Assembly: GCA_030265395.1 (NCBI GenBank)
Contig: JARFYF010000094.1
Span: forward strand, 92,576,721-92,640,720
Reading direction: 5' to 3'
Length of the DNA stretch: 64,000 nt
DNA from: Rhina ancylostomus
Taxonomy: Eukaryota
Shown: in pieces, positions 13,180 through 24,799 of the stretch
How positions within the stretch are numbered: position 1 is the first letter of the stretch
Layout: every line of letters starts with the position of its first letter
Made by a program: the position numbers and the translations under genes
The notes under the pieces: generated by a model
The model's database searches: none
Told to the model about the DNA's origin: nothing
The model's input: the letters and a program-made list of their open reading frames with translations, nothing else

Positions 13180-13850
13180 AACAGACCTACAAACCTGTGA
13201 AAAATGGCACTGCACAAGAGAAAACACTGGAGTCCTTGGTGGAGGAGGGGCAGAGTAGGAGGGATGTGATCTCTCCACAGAAAATTCTCAGGAAAAGCAG
13301 TGTGAAAGGCAACTTTGACAGTCGATGCCTGAGATCAAACAATGAGGACCTGAATGCAGCATCAAAAAAAAGATTCAAGGTCCTTGCAAGTAGTCTGGAT
13401 CAATAAATTGATCTTCAGATAACCCATTTGAACAAATTTATCATCAGACATTTACACTTGACCCTGACGGGACAAAGTGACCTAATTGATTATTGTGCTT
13501 TCTAAAACTTTGAACGTTCATTCACTCCACCAATGTGCATACCACCTAAACAATGCCAACTCCTCAATTCCCAACACTTCCATCACTCGCCTACCCATGA
13601 TATTTTGGAACTCACGCCTAACAGTCATAGTTCACTTTGCTCTTTGCCCCTTAACACTGTTGCAAACTTCACACCCACATCCCACAGCTGGCATTCAATT
13701 AGATATTCAACTGTGACAACCATATCATCCAGCCAGGCTGTGTCACCGACTACCCTCTCTCTCGCAGAGGCAATTACCCAGCAGAGTGCAGGGATGGCCA
13801 CACAATGTGCTGGAGGAGATGGTACCTGCCACAACTGGAGTGGTGAGTAC
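13180..13850 (+). pseudogene. Harbinger-type Myb/SANT-like gene fossil (two putative exons)
   Basis: EKTLESLVEEGQSRRDVISP...RT(W>stop)MQ..(fs)KKRFKVL matches LExLVEEVxxRRDVLFP...RTWxQCRKRFNDL; acceptor ctctctctcgcag at about 13767 followed by LEEMVPATTG. Confidence 0.6.
13440..13565 (+). mobile_element. LINE fragment, inverted relative to 12930-13075
   Basis: ggacaaagtgacctaattgatt...tgaacgttcattcactccaccaatg; translation SKTLNVHSLHQ. Confidence 0.65.
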
Positions 13851-15399
13851 TGAGGCTAGGGGTAAACTTGGAGCTGAAATGAAAGCTGGTAATAGTATCC
13901 CCGCAGCTCCTCTTCTGTCCCAATCTCTTCGGAATTACAAGCTACAGATGGTATAAATATACACCCTTACTTAAACAACCCTCTTCACACCACAGCTTGA
14001 CTCTTTGGGCTATCTGTCAGGTAACAAGATCTGCAATACAGGTGGTGATAGAAAGGATAAAGAAACATCCTCACTTAATTTATCACTCCCAGGAAATAGC
14101 TGGACACTGGCACCACACAATTCAATGGTTAGCACAGAGGCAGGGGGGGGAGGTATCTTCATGCATGAGTAGCCTGCCAGGGCAGTAGGAAAGTGCTGTG
14201 AGGCTGCCAACTCCCTGTAGGGAGAGGTGAGACATGAATTCTGGTGCCTCGGACTCTGATAAAACATTGAAGGATTAGTCGATGAGTATACTCAGTGAAA
14301 TACTTTGTGTGTAGGCAGGCCTGCAAGGAGAAAAGTGAGAAAGAGGAAATGAGAGAAAATGTATCCCTCTTTAAAAGTGGGACCTTTTTAAGACATCAAG
14401 TGACCTACATCCTCTCTGTTAAATTTACTGTTTAGTCATTGTATTCTCAGAAGAAACAGATTAATCATCCAGCCTCTCTCACCAAAGTGATGGTGTGTAG
14501 CCAGGTTTTGTAGAAAGCTGGTTTTCATGTTAGCAGACAGCCACTCTTCTCTACAATAACATCCTAATGGAAGTATAATCAGTGTGAAACAATACCCATG
14601 GGCACTTTCTGGCTTCATACAGAGCTTGTGTAGGCCAGTGGTGATGCTTTCTTTACTTCCATCATTTTAATTTGGCTCCATGTGCATTGGGGAGCATTAG
14701 GTTTAAAGAGCTCAGATCATAATGAAGTCTTTAACTAGGCCTTTCCCTCAGAGCCAGTCGATAGAAAGTGCTAAATGTTGATGCATGAGCTTAATTGTTG
14801 TGATTAATCCTTCCCAGCTTGTCACAAAGAGGCCAGATTTAATTCTTGAAGTGTAAAGATTCTTTATGACAACAAGTGCTGTCAAAACAGTTGAACAATG
14901 GACTCTTAATCCCAGCGATCTGTGAAACTAACAACTCCCTGACAGACGCACTGTTGTAGAATGGGCCAGTTTTGACAATCTTGCACTCTCTCACATCCAG
15001 TGTCTCAGGGACATGTCATCTGCTTTCATCGTTAGTGGGCTAGAATTGTAACTGGAGTGTGTTTTGGAAAACTGATTCAATGCCAATCAAAATACAGATC
15101 GTGAAATGTGCAATTGTGTAATTATATTCTTTGCTGGTTTGAGGTGAAAGATTAACTGAGTGTACTAAAAGCAATGTGCAAGTTATGTGGGTGGTTGGAG
15201 AGGGGGAATAATTAGCCTCAATATCAGTCACCCAACAGCTCTCTATGATTGTTATAAATCACCATGTTTTCAACTAATCTGATTTTCAATTCATAATGAA
15301 GTAAAAATGCAGCTATTGATTGAAGAAAAGTAATTCTCTAATTTTATGCAGGAAAGGCTGTTCATTAGAAATCGGCTGTACATCTCAGCCACTATCTGA

Positions 15400-15970
15400 G
15401 GCTATGCTAGACTAATCACAATCTGACCGTCATATTGCATCCAGAACCAAGGCAACATACTCCCATCTTCATAACATCACCTGGCTTTCTCCCTGCCTCG
15501 GATCATCAACTGCTGAAATCCTTATCCATCCTTGTGTTGCCTCTGGACTTGGCCATTTCAAGACTCTCCTGGGAAGCCTGGCACCTTATCTTCTCTGTGA
15601 ACTTGAGTTCATTCAAAATTCTCCTATCTGTATCCTGAATCACACCAAGGCTGTTCATCGATTTCCTCTACTGACTCCTCAAATGCTTCAATTCTAAGCC
15701 TCGCTTTGAAATCACCTAATAGCAATGCCACTCCTTATTTCTGTAATGTCCTCAAGCTACACAGCCCGACAAGATCTCTGATCCTATTCTAGCTCATTAG
15801 AACTCAGCACTCCTTTGAGATGCTCTTTAAAACTTACCTCTTCCACCAGGATTTTGGTCACCATTACCTGAAGTGATGCAATGCCAAATTTTATTTGATG
15901 ATACTTTTGTGAAGTATTCAGGATGTTTTATTACATTAATGGTGATGTTTTACATCAAATTGCAAATTGG
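15400..15970 (+). mobile_element. L2 LINE 3' fragment
   Basis: AYSHLHNITWLSPCLGSSTAEILIHPCVASGLGHFKTLLGSL...ELEFIQNS matches L2 AYFHLRNIARLRPCL..AETLIHAFVTSRLDYSNALLAGL..LELIQN; L2-type tail tgtgaagtattcaggatgttttattacattaa. Confidence 0.85.
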
Positions 15971-16999
15971 TGATTTTTATTGAAATAACAATCTTTACAT
16001 TTCTCATTTCAGAAGTTAAACTATATTTCTGGCCAAGAAAATACCCCAGTGTACTTGTTTTTTTATATAACTTTAAGCTCAAAATGTGTGAATTTTATTG
16101 CATAAATGCTGAACACTCTCATAAAATAAAGGCCTTAATTCCACAGTCAAAGTAACAGAACAAGGAATTTGATATAAATGCCTGAAATGTTAAATGGTAA
16201 AATTAGTGACAGTCATTTTCAGACCCATGTTTTGCTGCTCTTGTTGCTTGCCAAGAAAGTGGTTTNNNNNNNNNNNNNNNNNNNNNNNNNNNNNNNNNNN
16301 NNNNNNNNNNNNNNNNNNNNNNNNNNNNNNNNNNNNNNNNNNNNNNNNNNNNNNNNNNNNNNNNNATGTTTTGCTGCTCTTTTTGCTTGCCAAGAAAGTG
16401 GTTTTATTGTTTTGATAATATAGCAACTAGAAGTACTTGTCTGCTATGGTACTATCATGCAATTAAAAAAAAATCAGCAGTTATACCCCGCTTCATCCCC
16501 ACTACTCACCAACATACTTTAGAGTGGCTTTGGAATTCCTGATGCAGGGGAGCAACTTCAGCCCGAGGTGGAAGTGGGACAATTTTTACTGCGGAATTTG
16601 GTCACTACTAATCAGTAAGGCATGGGGAAGTCAAAGCTGTGGTACAAGAAATGGAATGCAAGTATTTCCTTAATTCAATGCAAATAAGAGTTCTGCCTGT
16701 AAGCAAGTTATTACATTTTTCCTTTAATGAATGAGTTAGAGTTGAGCTGTAACAGAAGATGGGAATGGCCAGGTCGGTGAGCTACTTTGCTCAGTTTTCC
16801 CTTCAGTTCACACACATTTTCACTAAAAGTTCTCAACTATCTCCATATGTTTTCAATGTTTGCCCTCACCCACCACCACCCTCGGCTCCAAAAAAGCTTC
16901 AAGACAAAAATAGATACTTCTGCATGGATGTATATGAAGATGCCAGTGTAAATATAGACACAGTTTAGCTGCAAGAATAATCCAGAGATTTGGCATGGT

Positions 17000-17320
17000 T
17001 CAGCTGAAGCTCTTTGCCAGTTTGAGTGTCAGCATTTCTCCTTTTCAGCACATCACTGTGTGTGCCAAAACTGACAAACCTGACCTTTGATCTTTGAAGT
17101 CCCTCTGTTCAAGCACTGGAGATGTGATTCTAGCAAATTCCCCAGACAGCAAGTCATCAAACGGAAAAGGTGTCATTTCCACTCCCACTTCCCATCCAAT
17201 TTTGTTTTTGGCTGCTGCTTTTATAGCAGATGATGCTCTAGGCTGCTTTTATTTTCGGTGCTTTGTTGACTTTAATTACAGTGCTTTTAAATGGCACAAG
17301 ATCAGGAATTGGGTCTAAGT
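17000..17320. promoter_or_regulatory. Candidate conserved non-coding element with DR1/TCF composite site
   Basis: TGACCT-T-TGATCT (17081-17093) overlapping CTTTGAT and followed by CTTTGAA; repeat-free. Confidence 0.4.
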
Positions 17321-17457
17321 AGCAACACAAACACATGTTCAGAGACTTGTGCATCTCTCACTCACTTAAGTCAATTTAACTGAATATTGTGGCAATAAAA
17401 AGGATTGGTTATATTGATGCAACCAATATCACAATCCAAATTGATTTTTTTAATGGC

Positions 17458-17503
17458 AGAGAGAGAGAGAGAGAGAGGGAGAGAGGGAGAGAGAAAGAAA
17501 AAA
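17458..17503. repeat. (GA)n/purine-rich microsatellite
   Basis: agagagagagagagagagagggagagagggagagaaagaaaaaaa. Confidence 0.95.
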
Positions 17504-17589
17504 AGAGCCTTGTGACATAACCATAGGCTTGCATCAGAAATGACACACTATGGTGTTAGTCTTTGGGAGTAATGGACCTGAATTATATA

Positions 17590-17830
17590 AGAGGAAAGGC
17601 AATAGGAAAAGGAGTAGACCATTCTGCCCCATAACTGCTCTGTTTTTGGCTTGTACTCCACATCAGTTACCAAAGATTCCTTACTCCTTGAGCGAAGAAA
17701 TTAAGCTCCCAGAATCTTATACATTTCAATAAGATCACTGCTCATTGCTCCAAACTCCAATGAGTGTTGGCTCCACTTGCTCAACATAAGGCAATCTTGT
17801 TTTGCTCCCCATGAGTACCAATCTAAGCAT
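17590..17830 (-). mobile_element. Decayed CR1 3' end
   Basis: aataggaaaaggagtagaccattctgcccc...agatcactgctcattgctccaaactccaatgagt, antisense CR1 3' pattern. Confidence 0.5.
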
Positions 17831-18999
17831 ACTCAGGCCTGTCCAGTACTTGAATGAGAGGCTACCAAGATCACAGTTGCTGTAGTTTTGCTCTCTAGGG
17901 AAGCACAAGACCCAAGTAGCAAAAAAATGCATCTTACATGGTGTTCATTTAAAAGTAAGTGCCAGTCATCACATCACAGTGCTTCTCTGACATCAAGAGA
18001 AAGGTTTGGTTTCGTGAAGGCAGTAGCACCTGGAAACACCAAGGAAACTGGACTAAAAAGATGTGAGACCTTTAATGCCAACTGTTCCCCTGTAGGTTAA
18101 GAAAAATCCATGAAATGAGAGCTCACAGGCTGCCAGATCCAATGTCAAATGCACAAACTCTTCCACGTCAGTGATTAATTGTGTGTCAGAAGGCAGTTCA
18201 AATTGAAATACTCCAGCTAGTCACTCTGTTCATACAATCCAAACAGTCTCCTAATAGCTTGAAACATTTAGACAAGTAATTTAAAAAGACAATTATTGCA
18301 AAAATAAACTTACGGCACATGGAGTATTAGTAACCTAACTATCATTCCCCGACAAGATCAATGGCAGATGTTTGCCTTCATACTGACCAGTGCAACATGA
18401 AAATTTCTGATCTCATTTCCAGAGAAAAAAATATTAAACAAACATTTTTGTTTCGATTGCTAGAAAACTAAATGGAGACTGGATTACACTGTTTGAGAGC
18501 AGAGCTTAAAACAAGGATCATTGCTGAGATTTAGATATTCACATATGTCAATCACAATGCTCATTTTTTAAAAAATAGATCCATGCATTTTGAGTTCAAA
18601 AGAGAAGTGACAATCATTGAGGGGGAATAGGACATTCGATAGTACTTACAGCATCATCATTTTCCCTTGTGTTCTCCTTTTAAATGTTCCTTAAAAATCA
18701 GAAGAAGAGGCAGGAAATAGGGGAAAGAGAAATTGCCTAGCATCTCTTGTACCACATCTAAGCAAGATAAAAGGTTGGACAGCCCTTTCACAGAGTGAGG
18801 ACTGAAATGGCCTCCCTATGTCCATTCTATGTCTCTATCTCTAAAGTGGCTCAGTTTATTGCCTATGAAGAATAATACATTCAGGTTACCTCCAGACTAG
18901 TGGACTAAAGATTCACGTTCTGTTCCTGCTGATGTAGGTTGCATGAGTTCCTGCTGTGTCCTGGAGTGCCTCTGTTGTCACTAATCACTTGTAAGCCAT

Positions 19000-20480
19000 G
19001 TAACCCCCATAAGCATAATGGACTTACCATGCAAGTGCCCAGAGAACTCATTTGTCTCAGGTCCTCTTAGGATTCAAGTTCCACCCCCCTATAATGTACA
19101 CCACATAGAACAGTACAGCACAGGAACAGGAACAGACCCTTCAGTCCACAATGTCTGTACTGACCACAATGCCAAATTAAACTTATTTGCCTGCATACAA
19201 GTTATTTCCTCATTCCCCGCATGTTCATGTGGCTGTCTAAATGCCTTTCAAATGCCACTATTGCCTCTGCTTCCACCATTAGCCCTGGCAACATATTCCA
19301 GGCACCTACCACACTCTGTGTAAAACCCTTACCCTGGACATCTTTAAACTTTCCCCCTTTCACCTTAAAGCTAGTATTTAACATTTCTACCCTGGGGAAA
19401 AGATTCTGAGTATCTACCTTCTCACAATTTTATAAACCTCTATCAGGCCTCCCATCACTCTCCAACACTTCAGAGAAAACTTTTTGTGCAGGTCAAACTT
19501 TGACCTCCTGACGCTGAACATACTTGGTACAGGATAATTGCAAGACGTTTCAGCAGTTTCTCTGCCATGCCTCCCGATTTTTTGTTCAATGTAACATCAG
19601 AGAGGTCACTGAGGCTCTACACTCATGAAGAGATGATTTCATGTAATCTAGTTTTAGTGAAGCAAGTTTCACCTCTGGCATTGGGACTTGCCAGCATTGT
19701 TGGATCCAATGAGTCCAGGCAGTACTTGACTCTGCTGATGTGCCCATGTATTAATCCAAGTGCACCTTTAAGAAGTGAACCAGACACTGCAATTGGTTGA
19801 CAGTTCCTGCTTCAATAAAGGATGTTCCTCTGATATTTTCTCCTCTGTTATTTTCCTTTACAAACAGCAAGATAAATGGGCCTACAGATACTATAGCTTG
19901 GGCTCCTCTTCGCGACTATCTTTTATGGACAGAAAAGGATTCCATCCCTCAATATGTAGACCATTTGGATCACCAGAAGAATTTACTGAGGGCCAATGGC
20001 ACTGCTTCTAGGAAGCAGGTACAGCTCGTTAATCATGAGAGAGTTTGCACTGCCAGACATTTTCAGTGGCCACGACTGCCCTGAGGTATGGATCCTGGGG
20101 GACTTTGCTATCCTCTATATCCCTACCTCCTATCATCAGTGCATTTTCCAACCATATCAGCTGAGTGCAGGTACAATGAGAGCCACTAAATTACAAGGAT
20201 AGTAATGGGAAATGCCAGAGGTTTCCTGAAGATAAAATTCTACTATCTCCATCCGAGCAAGCAGATGCTGAGACCTCATTGTTGTATACTACATGCTGCA
20301 CCATCTTGGAAACAGAAGGCAGCAGCCAGTGCTGGAGGAAGAGCAGCAAGGAGACCCAAAGCCATGATGCTGAGCTTGGAGAGCCGCAGGAGCAAGAGGA
20401 GCAGATGGGGGCATATCCCTGCACAAAGTCCACAGACTCATCTCCCAGCTGAGTGGAGGATTCAGGCATTGTTTACACAG
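19000..20480 (+). pseudogene. PIF/Harbinger (HARBI1-like) DDE transposase fossil, interrupted by CR1
   Basis: Ordered motifs across frameshifts: IREVTEAL (about 19596), DRKGFH(S)LN (19928), LGSRYSSLIMRE, WILGD..YPL (20088), AECRYNESH, GFLKIKFYYL, CCILH (20279). Confidence 0.85.
19104..19480 (-). mobile_element. CR1 LINE 3' end
   Basis: Minus ORF FKVKGGKFKDVQGKGFTQSVVGAWNMLPGLMVEAEAIVAFERHLDSHM; terminal catagaacagtacagcacaggaacagg. Confidence 0.95.
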
Positions 20481-20496
20481 GATACAATAAACTGGA

Positions 20497-20808
20497 ATCA
20501 TAGAGTCATATATACATAGAAACAGGTCCTTTAGCCCACTGAGGCTTCACCAACCATCAAACATCCATTTACACTATTCCTAAACTAATCCCATTTTATT
20601 CTCCCCAGATTCCCATCAACTCATCTACTAGATAGGGAAATTGGCAGTGGTCAATTGACCTACCAACCCGTACATCTCTGGAATGTTGGAGGAAATTGGT
20701 ACACTCAGAGGAAGTGCACACAGTTACCAGGAGAACTCCATACAGCCAGCACCGGAGGTTAGCATTGAACCTGGGTCACTGGAGCTCTGATGCAGCTGTG
20801 CCAGCTGA
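20497..20808 (-). mobile_element. HE1/V-SINE
   Basis: Antisense CR1-like tail (atcatagagtcat..aaacaggtcctttagccc), V-domain and tRNA-like head (attgaacctgggtcactggagct). Confidence 0.85.
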
Positions 20809-20954
20809 CTCTTAGACAGAGAAATGTTTTTCTTAAGGAGCCTGTAAAACCATCATCCCCAATGCAAGTCAAGTGACCCTCTCCTTATTTCATTGGTATT
20901 TCGTCAATACCATCGCACACTAATATCCAGGCAGGGGAGCACAGATGACACAAT

Positions 20955-21002
20955 AAGGTAAGATAAGCTATCTCTATTAGTCACATGTACATTGAAACAT
21001 AC
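20955..21002 (-). mobile_element. SINE 3' tail running into gap
   Basis: tattagtcacatgtacattgaaacatac is the reverse complement of the 4180-4210 tail. Confidence 0.7.
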
Positions 21003-21593
21003 NNNNNNNNNNNNNNNNNNNNNNNNNNNNNNNNNNNNNNNNNNNNNNNNNNNNNNNNNNNNNNNNNNNNNNNNNNNNNNNNNNNNNNNNNNNNNNNNNN
21101 NNNNNNNNNNNNNNNNNNNNNNNNNNNNNNNNNNNNNNNNNNNNNNNNNNNNNNNNNNNNNNNNNNNNNNNNNNNNNNNNNNNNNNNNNNNNNNNNNNNN
21201 NNNNNNNNNNNNNNNNNNNNNNNNNNNNNNNNNNNNNNNNNNNNNNNNNNNNNNNNNNNNNNNNNNNNNNNNNNNNNNNNNNNNNNNNNNNNNNNNNNNN
21301 NNNNNNNNNNNNNNNNNNNNNNNNNNNNNNNNNNNNNNNNNNNNNNNNNNNNNNNNNNNNNNNNNNNNNNNNNNNNNNNNNNNNNNNNNNNNNNNNNNNN
21401 NNNNNNNNNNNNNNNNNNNNNNNNNNNNNNNNNNNNNNNNNNNNNNNNNNNNNNNNNNNNNNNNNNNNNNNNNNNNNNNNNNNNNNNNNNNNNNNNNNNN
21501 NNNNNNNNNNNNNNNNNNNNNNNNNNNNNNNNNNNNNNNNNNNNNNNNNNNNNNNNNNNNNNNNNNNNNNNNNNNNNNNNNNNNNNNNNNNNN

Positions 21594-21778
21594 CAGAGGT
21601 TGTGGGGGCAGATACATTAGGGACATTTAAGAGATTCTTAGATAGACACATGAATGATAGAGAAATGGGGGGGCTATGTGGTAGGGAAGGGTTAGATAGA
21701 TCTTAGAGCAGGAGAAAATGTCAGCACAATATTGTGGGCTGAAGGGCCTGCACTGTGCTGTAATGTCTATATTCTAAT
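21594..21778 (+). mobile_element. CR1 LINE 3' end
   Basis: gcagatacattagggacatttaagagattcttagatagacacatgaat...gggctgaagggcctgcactgtgctgtaatgt. Confidence 0.9.
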
Positions 21779-21974
21779 TTCAGGGACCTCAAATCAGCAT
21801 TAGTGCACCAAAATAGGTGAAACTCCAATGTTCTGTGTAACAACAACCTGGTCAAAACAAAGACAGCATAATAGGATGCTCCTGGCTGCTTTACATGTAT
21901 GAAATGAAGTGAGGAAAACCCTCCATTTACAAAGAGCATTTACTCAATTCCAGGTAGAAGACCATCAATTTAAG

Positions 21975-22092
21975 AGGCACAAGAGACTACAGAAGCTGGG
22001 ATCTGGAACAACAAACAATCTGCTGGAGGAACTCAGCAGGTCAGGCAGATGCTGCTTGGCCCACTGAGTTCCTCCAGCGATTGTTTGTTGCA
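21975..22092. mobile_element. Internally deleted MER6/Penelope-like palindromic repeat
   Basis: Arms caacaaacaatctgctggaggaactcag / ctgagttcctccagcgattgtttgttg fold into an 82-nt hairpin. Confidence 0.85.
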
Positions 22093-22264
22093 CTATCAAT
22101 TTAAGGCAGGACTGCAGTGAATAGATAAGAAACTGGATGAATTGTCGGAAAAGAATATTTGAAGTGTCATGTTTAAATGGGGAAGGGCTGAAGAGCTGCC
22201 TCAAGATTCATTTGTTGATAGCACCCTGGGTGTGAAATTACATCTATATCCTGAATTCAGAAAC

Positions 22265-22520
22265 TCATTACCATATATTCAAGTTTGCGCATGATACCAA
22301 ACTAATGGGGACAGTGGAGATGGTAACAGGACCTCAGAGAAAACTAATGGAGAAAGACAATATTAAAATTTAGACAGAACAGTGAGGAATGAAATCTCTG
22401 CAAGAATTTTACACACTAAAGAGGCTGCTGTGTCCATCAATAACTTATCAATTAAGAACAAGGCATCTACTTTCAATACATAATAAATGTTTCACAAAAG
22501 GCAAAAATAACTGGACACTA
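22265..22520 (+). mobile_element. Decayed CR1 RT fragment
   Basis: IFKFAHDTKLMGTV, like ISKFADDTKLGG. Confidence 0.6.
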
Positions 22521-24051
22521 AACAATGGTGGGAGAAGAATAAGAGATAAGAAATAAAGCTGTGATCAAAATGTTCTGATAAATTTTCCAGAAGAGAGGCT
22601 GCTGGATGGCATGGATATGTTGAACCAAGTGGACTCATTCTATGCTATAGATTTCTGTGATTCTACGATTCAAAAGATGCCAAAGACACTGAGAAAGCAA
22701 TGGTTGACAAGGACATTCTGAACTCAATGGGCAGGATGAAACACAACAAGGAAGGATTTGGTGAAAAAGTGATTTGAGAGAGATGCACGGAGATGCATGA
22801 CCATGATTTGTTAGGAAAAAGAAAATGTTACGCTGTCCTAATCGAGACATCATACCATGTTGTATATGGCTCCATGATTTCTTTTACTTTCACTATTTTA
22901 TTCCAAAACTTTAGTCCATATATCATTCTCTCTTTGTGTGATGAAGTGTTTACTGACATCAGTCTTACATTTATATTTTAAAAGGTTGACAGTAGCTTAA
23001 AATCATTTTGTCTATTGTGTGAAGAAAGGTTCTAAATTTACCTTGTCTATCCCAGTTGCTCTTATATATATCTCTATTAGCTTGGATAGCTCATTTTAAA
23101 AGCCAGAAACAAAGTGTTTCTGCAGCTTTTCCTAATAACAGTCCTCTGGTATTAGGGATCATGCCCAAACACCATCTTTAATGTCTCCTTTGTGCTTAAG
23201 AGAAATATCTTAAAATGGTGCAGTTATTGGACAATGTACTTGAATTTACCATTTAATATTTGAGGACACAACAATTGTGGGAAGAACTGTGACGACTGAT
23301 AGCGTGTTGTCTGTTTGTCCCTTAAATAAGACCACACATGTGAGAATGTGAGCAAAAATAGCCACACTTTGTTTGATAAATATTTTATCTCAACATCTTA
23401 AAATGTTCTTGCTTCTTTCATTTTTAAAAAATATTTCATTAAGATGTCTGCAAATGGAGTTCAAAGAAGAAAGAAAATTCCATGCCATTCAAATTATTTG
23501 ATTTGCCTGCATTTCATCCAAAGATTCAGATGAATTTTTGCTATTCTGATTTTATTAATTTGCACTGAGCAACTGATTATTGGCTAGGGACAGGCTACAC
23601 TCTCTGTTTCATGCCTTTTCATTCCCCCTTGACCACTGCACCTTATTTGCTGTGTGCCTAACTGCATAATTATCGGTGCAGAAATCCTTTCCCTCTTCAA
23701 TGTAAAACAATAGGGTCAAGTTCACCTCAGTGATCAGTCATGAGGTTCAAAGTGGTCATTTCACCTCAGCACAATATAACTCCTCAGAATTCCTTTCTCT
23801 TGCTCTTTACTTAAATCTTTCCTTCCAATCCCACTTTAATTTTCAATATTTTATTAATATTTTAGCCTTGGCGATGGTAAAATATTAGATATGTGGACGA
23901 TAGTCACGACCTTTTTCACTCAAGCCCTTTAAAGGTTTGTAACATTCATTTAACTGCTTCACAACAAGCAAAAATGATGAGAGTCTTTATCAGGTACAAA
24001 TTTCACATCATATGTCAGTGATAATGATTCTGATTCTGATCCTTGGTCTGA

Positions 24052-24390
24052 TATAGAACCATAGAACAATACAGCACAATACAGGCCCTTCGGCCCACCG
24101 TGTTGTGCCCCCCATCAAACCACACCTCACGCCATCTAACCCTTTCCTCCCGCATATCCCTCTATCCCACACTCCTCCATATGCCTATCCAACCACCTCT
24201 TGAACATGTCCAACGTATCTGCCTCCACCATTCCATGCACCCACTACTCTCTGGGTGAAAAAGCTTCCTCTGACATTCCCCCTGAACTTCCCATTATTTT
24301 AAATCCATGCCCCCTTGTCTTGAGCATTGGTGCCCTGGGAAAGAGGCGCTGGCTGTCTACTCTATCTATTCCTCTCAATATTTTATACAC
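24052..24390 (-). mobile_element. CR1 LINE 3' end (young)
   Basis: VYKILRGIDRVDSQRLFPRAPMLKTRGHGFK; atagaaccatagaacaatacagcacaatacaggcccttcggccc terminus. Confidence 0.95.
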
Positions 24391-24799
24391 NNNNNNNNNN
24401 NNNNNNNNNNNNNNNNNNNNNNNNNNNNNNNNNNNNNNNNNNNNNNNNNNNNNNNNNNNNNNNNNNNNNNNNNNNNNNNNNNNNNNNNNNACAAACATCA
24501 TATTATATCCCCACCCTTCAACTATTTTATTAACTGATAACGTATTATGTAAAATTCAAAGTATGTCACTTGATGTTGCTCCCAAGCTGTGGAAATACTA
24601 CCACAGCCTCCAGGGACAAGGTGGTAAATTGTCTTGCTTATACTTCACTTTAACCTGTGATTTTGTTCTCAGTCAGAGCCAAGCAAATAGATATTGGACC
24701 TTAAACATCCCAATAGTGATAAACTCACTACCTTATATGACAATTAAAAGTCTTCTAAAAAAGAATAATGGAGAGAGAGGAGTAAGAACTTTATAGGTT

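Noticed and set aside
16227-16404. 39-bp direct repeat on either side of a 100-N gap
   Set aside because: Contig-end overlap with one mismatch across a default-size gap; assembly artefact, probably two haplotypes
20904-21651. Longest ORFs in the track (211-240 aa)
   Set aside because: Almost entirely N-derived X residues
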